Position numbers and translations under genes: made by a program
Notes under the pieces: generated by a model
Told to the model about the DNA's origin: nothing
The model's database searches: none
The model's input: the letters and a program-made list of their open reading frames with translations, nothing else
Shown: positions 1 through 12,214 of the stretch, in pieces
Layout of the letters: the number at the start of each line of letters is the position of its first letter
Position numbering within the stretch: position 1 is the first letter of the stretch
Source of the DNA: an uncultured Planctomycetota bacterium
GTDB lineage: Bacteria; Planctomycetota; Planctomycetia; Isosphaerales; Isosphaeraceae
Direction: 5' to 3'
Assembly: GCA_963845755.1 (NCBI GenBank)
Contig: CAWJTV010000029.1
Location: 352,001 to 416,000 of the forward strand
DNA: 64,000 nucleotides

Positions 1-341
1 GCGTTCAGCAGGTTGACGGAAAGGGACGGGTGATCACCGAACGTATCGAAGAACTGGCACGGCCTCAGGGGGATAAGCCCAAGACCGCCGAGGTCTCGGG
101 CTTCGTCAAGAGGATCGATCCCACCAAACGTCGCGTCGAGATCTCCATCGGCTCCGACGCTCTCGTCAAACCTGGCAAGCCGATCGAGATCAAAACCGAC
201 CACCCGGTCTCGGCGAGGGTCAAGGTCCCTGTCCGCTCAGAACAACAGCGGATCGAAGAGCTGGAGAGGACACTGAAGAAACTGATTGGCGAGGTGGAGA
301 ATCTGAAGAAAGACCGGCCAAGAACCCCGGAAGACCGGTGA
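1..341 (+). CDS. 3' end of hypothetical protein (partial), with C-terminal coiled coil
   Basis: Frame open from the window edge to TGA at 339-341; ends QQRIEELERTLKKLIGEVENLKK. Confidence 0.55.
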   Translation, partial: VQQVDGKGRVITERIEELARPQGDKPKTAEVSGFVKRIDPTKRRVEISIGSDALVKPGKPIEIKTDHPVSARVKVPVRSEQQRIEELERTLKKLIGEVENLKKDRPRTPEDR

Positions 342-360
342 TCACGTCCCTCCGAGAAAC

Positions 361-1558
361 CTACTCCACGCGGCAGATCAGGCACTTGAGATATTCGGTC
401 TCCAGGCAGCTTGCCGAGACCGGGTGGTCGGGTGCCTGGCCGCGTTGTTCCAGGATCTGGATCGGCCGGCCGGACTGCTCCGCGACCTGGCCGATCAGGT
501 TGACGAACAGCTCTCGCCCCACGGATCCCGAACACGAGCACGTGGCCAGGATGCCGTCGGGTGCCAGCACGTCGAGCGCGGCGAGGTTCAGGCGAAGATA
601 GCCCTTCAGCGCGTGCTCGACGTCCTTGTCCTGCCGGGCATACTTGGGCGGATCGCAGATCACCACGTCGAAGCGCTGCCCGTCTTCTCGTAGGCCATCC
701 AGGACCTTCAGGACGTCTCCCGACTCGAACCGCGCCCGATCGATTCCATTGATCGTGGCGTGTTCGCGGGCACGCTCGATGGCCGAATACGAGCTGTCGA
801 TGCCGAGCGTTTCCGATGCACCGCCGTGATGGATCGCCCCGAGCGAGAAGGCCCCGGTGAAACAGCAGAGATCGAGCACTCGCTTGCCCTGGCAGTAGGC
901 GGCGACGGCCCTACGGTTCTCGCGCTGATCCAGGTAGAAGCCCGTCTTCTGACCCGAGCGCAAGTTCGACGCGAAACCTCAGGCCATTCTCGACGATCTC
1001 GACCGGCCCCTCGGGGACCGCACCGACGATCGTTTCCTCACCGGCCTGCAACCCTTCGCGGGGCGCGATGCCGCGCTCCGTCCGGGCGATGATCCCTTCC
1101 GCGCCGGTCCGATCGACCAGCAGGCGGAGGAACCGCTCGCGACGATGGTAGAGGGCCAGGCTGGTGAACTGGGCGACGAGCCAGCGATCGTATCGATCGA
1201 CCGTCAGGCCGGAGAGGCCGTCGCCTTCGCTAAAGACGACCCGATACGCCGTTCCGACCGCCTCGAGACGCAAGACCTCGCTCCGAAGCCGGATGGCCGA
1301 TTCGAGCCGATGCGCCCAGAACGAGTCGTCGAGCGGTCCGTCATCCCAGCGGTAGAGTCGCACCCGGATCGCGCTACCGGGGTTGTACAGCCCGCGCGCG
1401 ATGAACTTTCCCTCCGAACTGACCACGGCGACCTCGTCGCCGACCTCGGGATTCTCCTCGACGCGCTCGATCGAGGACTCGAACACCCAGGGATGGCGGG
1501 CGAAGAACGGCCGAGCCCGGCGCGACTTGAGGACGACACGACCGGGGTTTTTGGACAC
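361..1558 (-). CDS. rlmI: RlmI-like class I SAM-dependent rRNA methyltransferase (frameshift ~960)
   Basis: PUA-like N-terminus (HPWVF), FSEGDGLSGLTVDRY, GQKTGFYLDQRENR, VLDLCCFTGAF, DPPKY, LATCSCS; split across ORFs 911-1636 and 361-963. Confidence 0.85.
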
Positions 1559-1559
1559 G

Positions 1560-1624
1560 GGATTTTCGATTTTGGATTGGCTCCGGAGTTTCAGGTCTCG
1601 ATGGCCATCCAAAATCGCGAATCC
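1560..1624. repeat. Intergenic inverted repeat built of GATTTT(C/G) heptamers
   Basis: GGATTTTCGATTTTGGAT ... ATCCAAAATCGCGAATCC. Confidence 0.7.
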
Positions 1625-1632
1625 GGAGGCGT

Positions 1633-2099
1633 TCACGCCTCGGGGGTGGCGGCCCGGCTGGCGGCTTCGAACTCGGACAAGTAAGCGAGGGTCCGATCCA
1701 ACTGGGTCTTCAGGTGGCGGACGCGGAGCAGGCTGCGGATCCGGCAGAGCAGCTCGACCTTGTTGACCGGCTTGGTCAGAAAATCATCGGTCCCCGCCTG
1801 GACGCCGCGTTCGAAATCCGCCGCCTCGTTCAGGGCCGTGACCATCAAGATCAGCAATTCCTTGGTCTCGGGATTCGCCCGGATCTTGCGACAGACCTCG
1901 AAGCCGGAGAGCCGGGGCATCATCACGTCGAGCAGGAGCAGATCGGCGCGAACTCCTCCACGGCTTTGAGGGTTTCCTCGCCGTCGTGCGCGGTCCGGAT
2001 CACACAATCGAAGTCGCTCAGGTAGGCCTCCAGCAACTCGACGTTCTGGGGATTATCGTCCGCGATGAGGATTTTCGCGGGTGCCGAGGATTGATCCAA
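1633..2099 (-). CDS. Single-domain response regulator (receiver), frameshift ~1947
   Basis: TTG start after GAGGAGG; KILIADDNPQNVELLEAYL...DLLLLDVMMPRLSGFEVC...MVTA...DDFLTKP. Confidence 0.9.
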
Positions 2100-2805
2100 C
2101 GTCCGACCTCCTCAAGGGAGCGAACAGGCGCCCGAGTTGTTCGGTGAGACCCGGCGTAGGATCCGAGACCCGGGAGCACCGGATTGCCGGGGACATCGGG
2201 GAAGACCTTGAGCGTCGGGTTGGTGCCGCTTTCTCACCACGTCTCACCCGAGGATCGCTGTCGAGCCCGATCCGGGGCGCGGTTATTGCATCAATCCCAT
2301 CCGCCCAGTCTTCCGCCGAGATGCTGAACTCCCTGCATGCTTGATGCCTTCACTAGCGAGCGACCGGGAATTCCGCGCCCGAAACCGCGAGGGCGCGGCT
2401 CCGTTTGGTGCGAGGACCCGAAACGCATCGGACGGAGCCTCGCCCGTTGTGGGGACTTCCGCGCCCGTGCTCGGCGGCATCGCGATATTCTACCACCGCC
2501 GCCGAAGGACGAGAACCAGGAAATCGTTGGAGTGGCTCATCCAACCCCCGACGATCGCGGCCCCGGGATGGCTCCCCACACCGCCGGTTCGGGGTCGAGC
2601 GCGTCCGCTTGGAGAGGGACCGTGACGATTCCGAGGCGAACGAGCCGTCTCCGTTCCTGTTCGGGCGAACATCGCGCGAAAACGTCGCGAAGTGCCGGTT
2701 GCCGTCTGGCGGAGTTATGATAGAATTCAAGAGTTTATGGCGGAATCCCAGGATGGGGAACGCCTCACCCCATTGACGCCTTCTTCGATGAGAGGAGGCA
2801 GCCCC

Positions 2806-3390
2806 GTGCCTTTGCGAGATATTGACCGGAATCTGATCGAACGGTGTCTGCGGAAGGAGCCGGGCGCCTGGAATGACTTTGTCGATCGCTACATGGGCCT
2901 CATCTACCACGTGATCCAGCACGCCGCCTATGCGCGGAGTCGCGTGCTCTCGTCGGAAGATGTCGAGGACATCGCCGCCGAAATCCTGCTGCGCATCGTG
3001 GATGACGATTACGCCGTCCTCAAGAAATTCAAGGGGATCAGCTCGCTCCCGACGTATCTGACGGTCATCACCCGGCGGATCTGCGTCAAGGAGATGATCA
3101 AGCGCAAGCGGGAACAAGCGCTGGGGCATACCAACGCCCACCGGGCCAACGTCGAGGACGTGAGCCCGGACGAGGTCGAGGCCATCGTGACGGCCGAGGA
3201 AGTCGAGCGGATGCTGGAAGATCTGCCCGACCGCGAGGCGGAGGTGATCCGACTCTATCATCTGAAGTATCAGAATTATCGCCAGATTGGTAAGAGGCTG
3301 GGCATCCCGGAAAACTCGGTCGGTCCGATCCTGGCCAAGGCGCGCAAGCGTTTACGCGAAGCCGCCGAGGAACAGCGAACTCCCAGTTGA
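2806..3390 (+). CDS. ECF RNA polymerase sigma-70 factor
   Basis: GTG start after GAGGAGG; AWNDFVDRY, EDVEDIAAEI, LPDREAEVIRL...YRQIGKRLGIPENSVGPILAKARKRLR. Confidence 0.9.
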   Translation: MPLRDIDRNLIERCLRKEPGAWNDFVDRYMGLIYHVIQHAAYARSRVLSSEDVEDIAAEILLRIVDDDYAVLKKFKGISSLPTYLTVITRRICVKEMIKRKREQALGHTNAHRANVEDVSPDEVEAIVTAEEVERMLEDLPDREAEVIRLYHLKYQNYRQIGKRLGIPENSVGPILAKARKRLREAAEEQRTPS

Positions 3391-3534
3391 CCCGCTTGTG
3401 TGGCCCTCCGTATCCCCCTCCGACTTCGCTGTTCGCGACCGACGCAGCCTTGCTCCTGAGCTCATTGATCTTCAAGCCGAGGTCCGCACCTCGCGCGCGG
3501 GCACCGACTGGTCGCGGGACCTTGACCGGATGGT

Positions 3535-4700
3535 CGTTCAGCGCCTCGATCGTAAACCCAAAGGGGGATCCGGTATCCGCCATGGCCGCCTGGGCACCCG
3601 GCGAGATCGGCGGTGACGGCAAGGGTGCTTTCACCAGCGACTCGATCGGTGGGACCGGGGCGACGGGCGGCGGAGAGCCCTGCTGACGTTCCGCCGCTTC
3701 ACCGACGTGGGGGACGACGAGGTCGTCGTCCGCCATCGGAGCCGGCCGGCCCAATCGGACGCCATTGGCCGGCGGGGGCATCGTCTGCCGGGTGTTCGTA
3801 CGCGGCCTCGACCCACGGCCCAACTCCGCCAGGTTCCTCCGCTTGTAGCCCTCGAGCTCGGGTTCGACGAAGAGGGCCGCTCCCCGTGCGGGATCGAACT
3901 GGTTCAGGGTGACTTCCCGTAGCGTGACGTCCAGTTTGAACTGATCGCGCTTCCAGTCCAGCAGCAGTCGTTCCGGAAGATAGCACGTTTCCTTCGCCGG
4001 ATCGGGCGCCTCGGATCGGGCGGGATACTCTTTGTACTGGCTGGGCTCAGCCTGTGCGATCAAGGTCTTGGGTTCGGCCGCCGAATGAATCCGGAGCTGC
4101 TTGATCCGCCTCTCCCGATTCGAAACGATCAGGACGCGCGTGTAATTCTCCTTGCGATTCCGAGTTGCCGGGAAGACGAGGGCGGTCGTTCCCGGGTCCG
4201 GTCCGCGTTGCACCTGGATCCGCTGGGCCTCCTCCGGGGAGATCGGCTTCAGGCCCATCGCCTCGATGATCCAGTCCGGCTGGTAGGTCACGGCCAGCGC
4301 GGCTGGATTCGAGGTCCGCATACTTGCACCAGTAGATGGACGGGTCGTCCCGGTTGGAGACCCAGAACCAGAATTCGTCGTCGTTGGAACCCAGGTCCGC
4401 CTTGGAAGTGCCGAGCGAGGAGAGTTCCAGCCGGAAGTTGCGCGGTCGCTCCAGGGCCATCCGCCCATCCACGGGGACCTTATTGAGCCGGGACGCGACC
4501 TTGATCGACGGCTTCGCCTCCAGGCTCTGGATCCGCTCGGCGTTGCGATTATGCTCGGCGATGAACGTCTCGACGTCCAGGGCCCCTGGCTGGAGGAGCG
4601 GACGAGGATGCAGGGACAACGAGCCCGTGCCGGCCGCCCGACAGCCGACCGAGCCGAGCGCCAGCGCGATCGCCAGAATGAAGCGTCGCCCGACTCTCAT
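3535..4700 (-). CDS. Putative lipoprotein, hypothetical (frameshift ~4300; 3' end approximate)
   Basis: Signal peptide with lipobox-like GSVGC; DLGSNDDEFWFWV; continues in ORF 3098-4468 (YQPDWIIEAMGL). Confidence 0.6.
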
Positions 4701-4837
4701 GAGCCCTTCTCCCCGGGAAACTTCCCATGATCGGCGCGGTTCGCGCCCGTGGTTCCATCTATCATCGAAATAATACGGCCCGGAGATGATCTGTCGAAGG
4801 GGATATCACCTTATCCGAATCCCCGAAGTTCAACAAG

Positions 4838-4990
4838 CTGTCATTGGTCATTCGCCATTAGTCATTGGTCATTGGACCTTTGCGACCGTGCGAAGTTGCA
4901 CGGAGTGCCGAGGACGCGGGAACTCGCGATGCATCGAAGACGACGGCAGAACCTCGATGCATCCCCCCATCGGGCAATGACTCATGACCA
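4838..4990. repeat. GTCATTG heptamer tandem with inverted CAATGAC copy
   Basis: GTCATTGGTCATTCGCCATTAGTCATTGGTCATTGG at ~4840-4875; CAATGACTCATGACCA at ~4975-4990. Confidence 0.65.
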
Positions 4991-4994
4991 GGAA

Positions 4995-6185
4995 CTAACG
5001 AAGAAATGACTCGATGGCGTCGAAGCCCCGTTCCAGGGTCTTCAGATCGGTCGCGAAGGAGAGCCGGGCATAGCCTTCCGCGCCAAACGCCGAGCCCATC
5101 ACGAGAGCCACCTTCGCCTCACTGAGTGCAGCCATGCAGAAGCTGGTCGAATCCGTGACCGGCTTGCCGCGAAGGGTTCGGCCGAAGTGATCCGACACGT
5201 TCATGAAGGCATAGAAGGCTCCTCCCGGAGCGAGACAGCCCACGCCGGATAATCGGCTGATCCGGTCGAGCACGTAATCGCGTCGTTTCTGGAACGCCAG
5301 CTTCATCGACGCCACGGAATCCTGGGGGCCGGTGACTGCCTCGAGGGCCGCCCACTGACTGATGGAACAGGGGTTGCTCGTCTCCTGGCTCTGGAGGTCC
5401 CCCATGAACTTGGCCACCGGAACCGGTCCGACGGCCCATCCCATCCGCCAGCCGGTCATGGCGTAAGTCTTGCTGACCCCCGAGATCGTGATGGTCCGTT
5501 CGGGCAGCGCGGGCCGCAAGGTCGCGAAACAGGTGGGCCGCGCGTCGCCGTAGGTCAGTTGTTCGTAGATTTCGTCGGAGAGGACCGCGACGTCGGTCTG
5601 GAGCACGGCATCCGCCAGGGCGGTCAACTCCGCCCGATCGTACACCACGCCCGTCGGATTGGATGGGCTGTTGATCATGAGTAACTTGGTCCGCGGCGTC
5701 ACGGCGGCCAGGAACTGCTCCGGTGTTAGTTTGAAGCCCTGTTCCTCGGTCGTCGCGATCACGATCGGCGTGGCGCCCGTGAGCTTCACGAGGTCCGAGT
5801 AGCTGACCCAGTAAGGGGCCGGGATGATCACCTCGTCTCCCGGACCACACACCGCCATGAGTGCGTTGTGAATCGAGTGCTTTGCACCGTTGGAGATGAC
5901 CACCTGGGCGGCCTCGGTGGGCAGCCCGTGGTGACCGGTGTAGAGATCGGCGACCGCCTGACGCAGTTCGGGGATCCCGGCTGGTGGCGTATAGTGGGTC
6001 TGACCCGACCGCATCGCCCGGATCGCCGCCTCCTGGATGTTGGCCGGGGTCTGAAAGTCCGGCTCACCCAGCGCGAAATCGAGGACTTCGATCCCCTTGG
6101 CCTTCAGTTTCTTGGCCTCGGCCCCCATCGCGAGGGTTGCGGACGGAGCAATCAAACCGGAACGCGACGCCAGAGCTAGCGGCAT
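4995..6185 (-). CDS. PLP-dependent class I/II aminotransferase (aspartate aminotransferase-like)
   Basis: GEPDF, NSPSNPTG, DEIY, SKTYAMTGWRMG motifs; intact 396 aa. Confidence 0.95.
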   Translation of the reverse strand: MPLALASRSGLIAPSATLAMGAEAKKLKAKGIEVLDFALGEPDFQTPANIQEAAIRAMRSGQTHYTPPAGIPELRQAVADLYTGHHGLPTEAAQVVISNGAKHSIHNALMAVCGPGDEVIIPAPYWVSYSDLVKLTGATPIVIATTEEQGFKLTPEQFLAAVTPRTKLLMINSPSNPTGVVYDRAELTALADAVLQTDVAVLSDEIYEQLTYGDARPTCFATLRPALPERTITISGVSKTYAMTGWRMGWAVGPVPVAKFMGDLQSQETSNPCSISQWAALEAVTGPQDSVASMKLAFQKRRDYVLDRISRLSGVGCLAPGGAFYAFMNVSDHFGRTLRGKPVTDSTSFCMAALSEAKVALVMGSAFGAEGYARLSFATDLKTLERGFDAIESFLR

Positions 6186-6750
6186 GACTCGCCCTTTCTC
6201 GATTCAGGTAGCAACCAAACCCGTGGCTCCTCAACCTCTGAACAATACACGAATGGGATGCGGAAATAATCCACCTGGTTCGGCGGCCTGGCCCGATTCC
6301 CGCTCATAATTTGGACAATCTTTCGCAACGTCCCTTCGCCTCATTACCCCCGGAAATCTCTTCTGGATTCGCTTCGCAGCCAAGCTTGCCATTTTGCCGC
6401 AAGCTACCCAAACTCCTTAAAGTCATTTGCTGAAGGGGCCAAAACGTGATAAAATATACTGACAGGGCAACCTCTGAGGATCACTGTACGGGAACTTTGC
6501 TGATCTGGACCCAGTTTTGCTGACTTTGAGAAGCCAAGACGCGACCCCAAGGAATCGATCGGCAAACCTCAATCGCACGTCTTGCGACGAGGCAATCTCG
6601 CAGCCAGGGGGCGAGCGCTGAGCGGGTAATGGCATCGAGAGCGAAGCGGGTTCTGCTCGGCAATTCAGGACACGGAAGGATGGGAATCAGGGTACGGAGC
6701 CGGCCCACAAAGCATCCGTGATACAGCGACGATAGAGCGTGGGGGAAGCA

Positions 6751-8030
6751 ATGTACCGCGTGGTCGTGACCGGAATTGGTATTGTCGCGCCCAACGGAAT
6801 CGGCCGTCGCGAGTTCTGCGAGGCCATCTTTGAGGGGCGCTCCGGAGTCAACTTCATCGAGAGCTTCGACACCGCCGGCCTCAGTATCAAGATCGCGGGC
6901 GAAGTCAAAGATTTCGATGTGATGCCGTATCTGGGCGAGCATAAGAAGAACCTGAAGCTGATGAGCCGGGCGGTCCGATTCGCGGTGGGCGCGGCCGGGA
7001 TGGCGGTCACCGATTCCGGCCTGGAGCCCGAAGAGCTGGACCCGGCGCGCATCGGGGTCTGCATGGGAGCCGGGATCACGCCCGTAGACGTCGGTGAGCT
7101 GGTCCCTCCGATCTTGCGGAGTGTCGGCTCGGACGGGAGCTTCGACGTAGCGCGATTCACCCAGGCCCGCTCGGAATCGATCTTCCCGCTCTGGCTGCTC
7201 CAGCATCTGCCGAACATGGCCGCCGCGCACATCTCCATCTTGCACCGCGCCATGGGCCCGAACAACACGATCGTGACCGCCTGTGCGGCCGGGACCCAGG
7301 CGGTGGGCGAGGCGTTCCGCCTGATCGCGCGTGGCGATGCCGACGTGATGCTGGCCGGCGGTTGCGACAGCCGGCTCGACCCGCAGCTCCTCGTGGCCTA
7401 TTCGGCGATGAAAGCGGTCAGCCAGTCGTTGCGGCCCCCGGCCGAGGTCTCGCGGCCGTTCGATGCCGAGCGCGACGGCTTCGTGCTGGGAGAAGGGGCC
7501 GCCGTCGTCGTACTCGAAGAATTCGAGCGCGCCGGCGGCGCGGGGCGACGATCTATGCCGAGGTGACCGGCTACGGCTCGTCGTTCGACGCCTTCGGGAT
7601 CACCCGGCCCGAGCCCGAGGGCCGCGGTGCCGCGCTGTCCATGTCGGCCGCCCTCCGCGAGGCGCGCGTCGATGCCGGCGATGTCGACTACGTCAACGCC
7701 CACGGCACGAGCACGAAGCTCAACGACCTGATGGAGACGGTCGCCATCAAACGCGTCTTCGGCCATCGGGCCGCCTCGATCCCGATCAGCTCGCAGAAGT
7801 CGATGATTGGGCACCTGATCGGTGCCTCCGGCGCCGTCGAGGCCGCGGCGACTGCACTGTCCCTCCAGCGCGGGGTCATCCCCCCCACCATCAACCTGGC
7901 GACTCCCGACCCGGAATGCGACCTCGACTACGTCCCCAACACCTCCCGCGAGATCCCCGTCCAGACCGCCATCTCCAACAGTTTCGGCTTCGGCGGCCAG
8001 AACGCCTCCCTGGTCATGTGCCGCGTTTGA
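6751..8030 (+). CDS. fabF: Beta-ketoacyl-ACP synthase II family (frameshift ~7535)
   Basis: [14 protein letters not shown] (catalytic Cys), [31 protein letters not shown]. Confidence 0.9.
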
Positions 8031-8432
8031 TGACGCGGTTCTCCGGAGACTCCTCGTACGCCGTATTCCCGTTCTGAACGCATCTCGGCAATCGGTGCTC
8101 CAACGCCAATTCCCGGATCGCCTCCGGGATCGCGCCGGTGCGATCCCGCTCTCCCACGACGGTCCCGCCGGGCATGACGGCGATCCGGTCGTTCCCGCTG
8201 GAGATCTCGGGCCGCTCGGACGAGATCCTCACGATGGCCAGCCCCTCGCGGATTCCCACCTCGGCCATGGACCCGCGAGATTCCGATTCCCGGCTGCGGA
8301 TCTCCGAGGTCCGAAGCCCAGGAAGAGAACCCAAGCTGGCGGGAACTGGCCGTCAAGGGAGTGGTCGCATATCATCATGCCGGGGCGATCCGGCTCGATT
8401 TGCCCGGACGGAGGCATCACGCGAGGACGACC

Positions 8433-10275
8433 ATGCCTTACCAACCGATCGAGAACTACGGGGTCATCGGCAACCTGCGGACGGCGGCACTGGTCGGGAT
8501 GGACGGGTCCGTAGACTGGCTGTGCCTGCCGAACTTCGACTCGCCGAGCATCTTCGCCGCCATCCTCGACGACGGCAAGGGCGGCCGGTTCCGCATCGCC
8601 CCGCCGCCTGATGAGGTGCGGCACAAGCAATTCTACTGGCCCGACACGAACGTCCTGATCACCCGGTTCCTCCATCCTGACGGGATCGGCGAGATCGAGG
8701 ACTACATGCCGGTCGGCGGGGCGGGCGGGGCCGCCGCCGACCAGCTCGTCCGTCGGGTGCGGGTCGTCCGGGGGCGGATGCCGTTCCGCCTGGAGTGCCG
8801 GCCCGCCTTCGACTATGCCCGCGGTCGCCATGAGACGCACCTGAGCGAGCACGGCGCCCGCTTCGACGGCCCGGGCCTGAGCCTCGGCCTCGCCTCCTCG
8901 CGGCCGCTCGCCCGCGACGGGGCGGGTGTCACCTCCGACTTCACACTTGGCGAGGGCGAGAGCGCCGCGTTCGTCCTCCGACTCCTCGACCCGGACCACT
9001 CCCCCGGCCACTGCCCGGGGACCGGCGAGGCGGAGGATCGCTTTCGGGAGACGGTTGCCTTCTGGCGGCGCTGGCTCGCCCGATGCACGTACCGGGGGCG
9101 ATGGCGGGAGGCCGTTCAGCGCTCGGCCCTGGCACTCAAGCTGCTGACCTTCGAGCCGACCGGGGCCATCGTCGCCGCGCCGACGACCAGCCTGCCCGAA
9201 GGCATCGGCGGCCGACGGAACTGGGACTATCGCTACACCTGGATCCGAGACGCCGCTTTCACCCTCTACGCGTTCTTGCGGATCGGCTTCACCGAGGAGG
9301 CGACGCGGTTCATGGACTGGCTGGAGGCCCGATGGCGGGAGGGCGAGTCGTCGTGCGCCGGGCCGCTCCAGCTCATGTACGGCATCGACGGGCGGTCGGA
9401 ACTCGTCGAAGAGGAGCTCTCGCACCTGGAGGGCTACCGGGGGTCCCGGCCGGTCCGGATCGGCAACGGCGCCCACTCGCAGCTCCAGCTCGACATCTAC
9501 GGCGAGCTCATGGACTCGGTCTATCTCCACAACAAGTACGCCGCCCCAGTCGGGTACGACGCGTGGTGCCACCTCCGGAAGCTCGTCGACTGGGTGTGCG
9601 ACAACTGGGGGCGGGAAGACGAGGGGGTGTGGGAGGTCCGCGGCGGTCGTCGGCACTTCGTCTACTCGAAGTTCATGTCGTGGGTCGCGATCGACCGCGG
9701 GCTGCGGCTCGCCGACAAGCGGTCCTTCCCGGCCAACCGCGCGAAGTGGCTCGCGACCCGCGACGCGATCTACGAAGACGTGATGGAGAAGGGATGGGAC
9801 GCGAAGCGGCCGCGCGTTCGTCCAGGCCTACGGGTCGGATGCGCTCGACGCCTCGTCCCTCCTGATGCCGCTCGTCTTTTTCACGGCCCCGAACGACCCG
9901 CGAACGCTCGCCACCGTGGACGCCATCCGGAAGCCCTTCGCACACGGGGGCCTCGCCGCCGACGGCCTGGTCTATCGCTACGACTGGCGGACGACTGCGG
10001 ACGGATTCGACTCGGATGAGGGAACGTTCAATATGTGCAGCTTCTGGCTGGTCGAGGCGCTCGACGCGCGCGGGGCGCACCGACGCCGGGCGACTCGACG
10101 ACTGCGCGGCTGCGGTTCGAGCAGGTGCTCGGCTACGCGAACCACCTGGGGCTCTACGCCGAACAGACGGGCGCGAGCGGGGAGGCGCTGGGGAATTTCC
10201 CGCAGGCCTTCACGCACCTCGCGCTCGATCAGCGCCGCCTTCAACCTCGACCGCGTGTTGGGCGGGGCGGACTGA
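8433..10275 (+). CDS. Glycoside hydrolase family 15 (trehalase/glucoamylase-like), frameshifts near the 3' end
   Basis: [56 protein letters not shown]. Confidence 0.9.
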
Positions 10276-10375
10276 CCTGATGGCCGACATCGCCGCACTC
10301 ATCGGCCTGGAGGGCGGTGGCGTCGGGACGAGAACCGATCACATCCTAACGCGGCCTTAGGCCACAACCGAATTC

Positions 10376-10497
10376 AGAGTCTGTCCCAGAAGGGGCCGGT
10401 CCGGGCGAGCGGGGGGCGTCAGGCCCCGTGTCTTGGAGGTCCGTCGCTCACCGGACAGGGGGCTGACGCCCCCGCTCGCCCTTCTGGGACAGACTCT
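10376..10497. mobile_element. 122-bp MITE with perfect 19-bp terminal inverted repeats enclosing a REP-like palindrome
   Basis: AGAGTCTGTCCCAGAAGGG (10376-10394) / CCCTTCTGGGACAGACTCT (10479-10497); internal GGCGAGCGGGGGGCGTCAG..CTGACGCCCCCGCTCGCC. Confidence 0.75.
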
Positions 10498-10787
10498 AGA
10501 CGCAGGCAGGCCTCGTGCACCGTTCTCGGACGAAGGCATGGGGGTTCTGGCCTTGCAACACGGCGTCCAGCCCGAGGCGCGGGCATCGTTAGGAAAGCGC
10601 TTCCGCGGAGCCGGAGATCTGCCTGGAGCGCCCTGACGAAGGTCGGCGTGAGGGGCCGTCTGTGGAGAAGTCACGGAATGCCCCCGTGCCGGACGAGGCG
10701 GGATCAAGGGTGTGGCGTGCGAGGTCGTTCCGAGCGACAATCGTCCTTCCGCGATTCTTTCTGAAAACTCAGCACCGAAAGCAGACA

Positions 10788-12137
10788 ATGCTGAAACGCC
10801 GGTTGGGACTGCTCCAGGCGATCAGCCTGAACATGTCGATGATGGTGGGGATCGGTCCATTCATCACGATCCCGGCCCTCGTGGGCACGCTCGGCGGTCC
10901 TCAGGCGATGATTGGCTGGATCCTGGGGGCCCTGGTGGCCCTGAGCGACGGCATGGTCTGGAGCGAGCTGGCCTCGACGTTCCCGGGCTCCGGCGGTACG
11001 TACCATTTCTTTGATGCCGCTTATGGGGAGACGAAGGTCGGCCGGCTGCTGAAGTTCTTGTTCGTCTGGCAGTTCGTCTTCAGCGGGCCGCTCGAGGTGG
11101 CCACCGGAGCCATCGGCCTGTGCAATACCTCGGTTTTTTCCTCCCCGCCCTCGCCCTGCCCGCCTGGAACTGGGGATGGATCGTGCCCGGAGCCGACCTG
11201 GCGGTCGCCTGGGGCCAGGTGGCCGCGATGGGAGTCATGGCCCTGGTGACGCTCCTGGCCTACCGGCGCATCGACGCGGCGGGCCGGCTGATGGTCGTCT
11301 TCTGGGTGGGCATGCTGATCACCGTGGCCTGGGTGATCCTGACGGGATTGACCCACTTCGATGCGGCCCGAGCGTTCGACTTCCCCGAGGATGCCTGGCG
11401 TGCGGATCGTCGCTGGATGATCGGATTGGCGCGGTGCTGGCGATCGCGATGTACGACTTCCTGGGCTACTACCAGGTCTGCTATCTCGGCGATGAAGTCG
11501 CCGACGCGGCCCGGACGATCCCCCGTTCGATCCTCATTTCCACGATCGCCATCAGCCTGGTCTACCTGGTGATGAATGTCGGAATCCTCGGCGTCCTTCC
11601 CTGCGCGAGGTGGTCCGGTCGAAGCATGTGGCGAGCGACCTGATGCTGAGCGTCTATGGAGCCTCGGCGGCGCGCGTCGCCACGGTCCTGATCATCTGGA
11701 CGGCGCTGGCATCGACATTCGCCGCGCTGCTGGGTTACAGCCGGATACCCTATGCGTCGGCCCGCGCCGGCCATTTCTTCCGATTCTTCGCGGGGACCCA
11801 CCCGCGCGGGGAGTTTCCGCATCGCTCGCTGCTGCTGGTCAGCGGGATGGCAACGCTCGCGTGCCTGGCCGATCTGCCCACCGTCATCGCCGCGCTGCTG
11901 ACCTCGCGCATCGTGATCCAGTTCGTCGGCCAGATTGCGACTGTCGCTTATCTGAGGGCCCGGCCTGGCGGCTGGCAGCCGTCGTTCCGGATGCCGTTGT
12001 ACCCGCTGCCCGCGGTCATCGCCCTGGCCGGCTGGTCGTTCGTCTTCGCGACCTCGGAGTGGCACGTCGTGGAATATGGCGTCGGCTCGCTCGGGATCGG
12101 CGTCCTGGCCTTCTGGCTCTGGGATGCTTCGTCGTAA
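10788..12137 (+). CDS. APC-family amino acid permease (several frameshifts)
   Basis: LKRRLGLLQAISLNMSMMVGIGPF, WSELASTFPGSGG, multiple hydrophobic segments, FRMPLYPLP. Confidence 0.85.
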
Positions 12138-12214
12138 CTCAGGTTTTCCAGCCTGATGCGACCGGAGTTGTCAGGCTGGAAAGCCGGACCTACGACTGTC
12201 GAGTCGGTCCGCGA

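Noticed and set aside
6555..6640. c-di-GMP-I riboswitch upstream of fabF (GGCAAACC...GG...CGCAGCC)
   Set aside because: Lacks the GAAA tetraloop and GACGCAAAGC core. An Infernal/Rfam search would be needed to support it.
7530..7545. Programmed ribosomal frameshifting in fabF and other split genes
   Set aside because: No slippery heptamers, and the indels are too widespread; assembly error is the simpler explanation.
8229..9656. Long antisense or alternate-frame ORFs (also 26551-27753, 27828-29585, 49463-50743, 61802-62779)
   Set aside because: Shadow ORFs of real genes in high-GC DNA, with no recognisable motifs.
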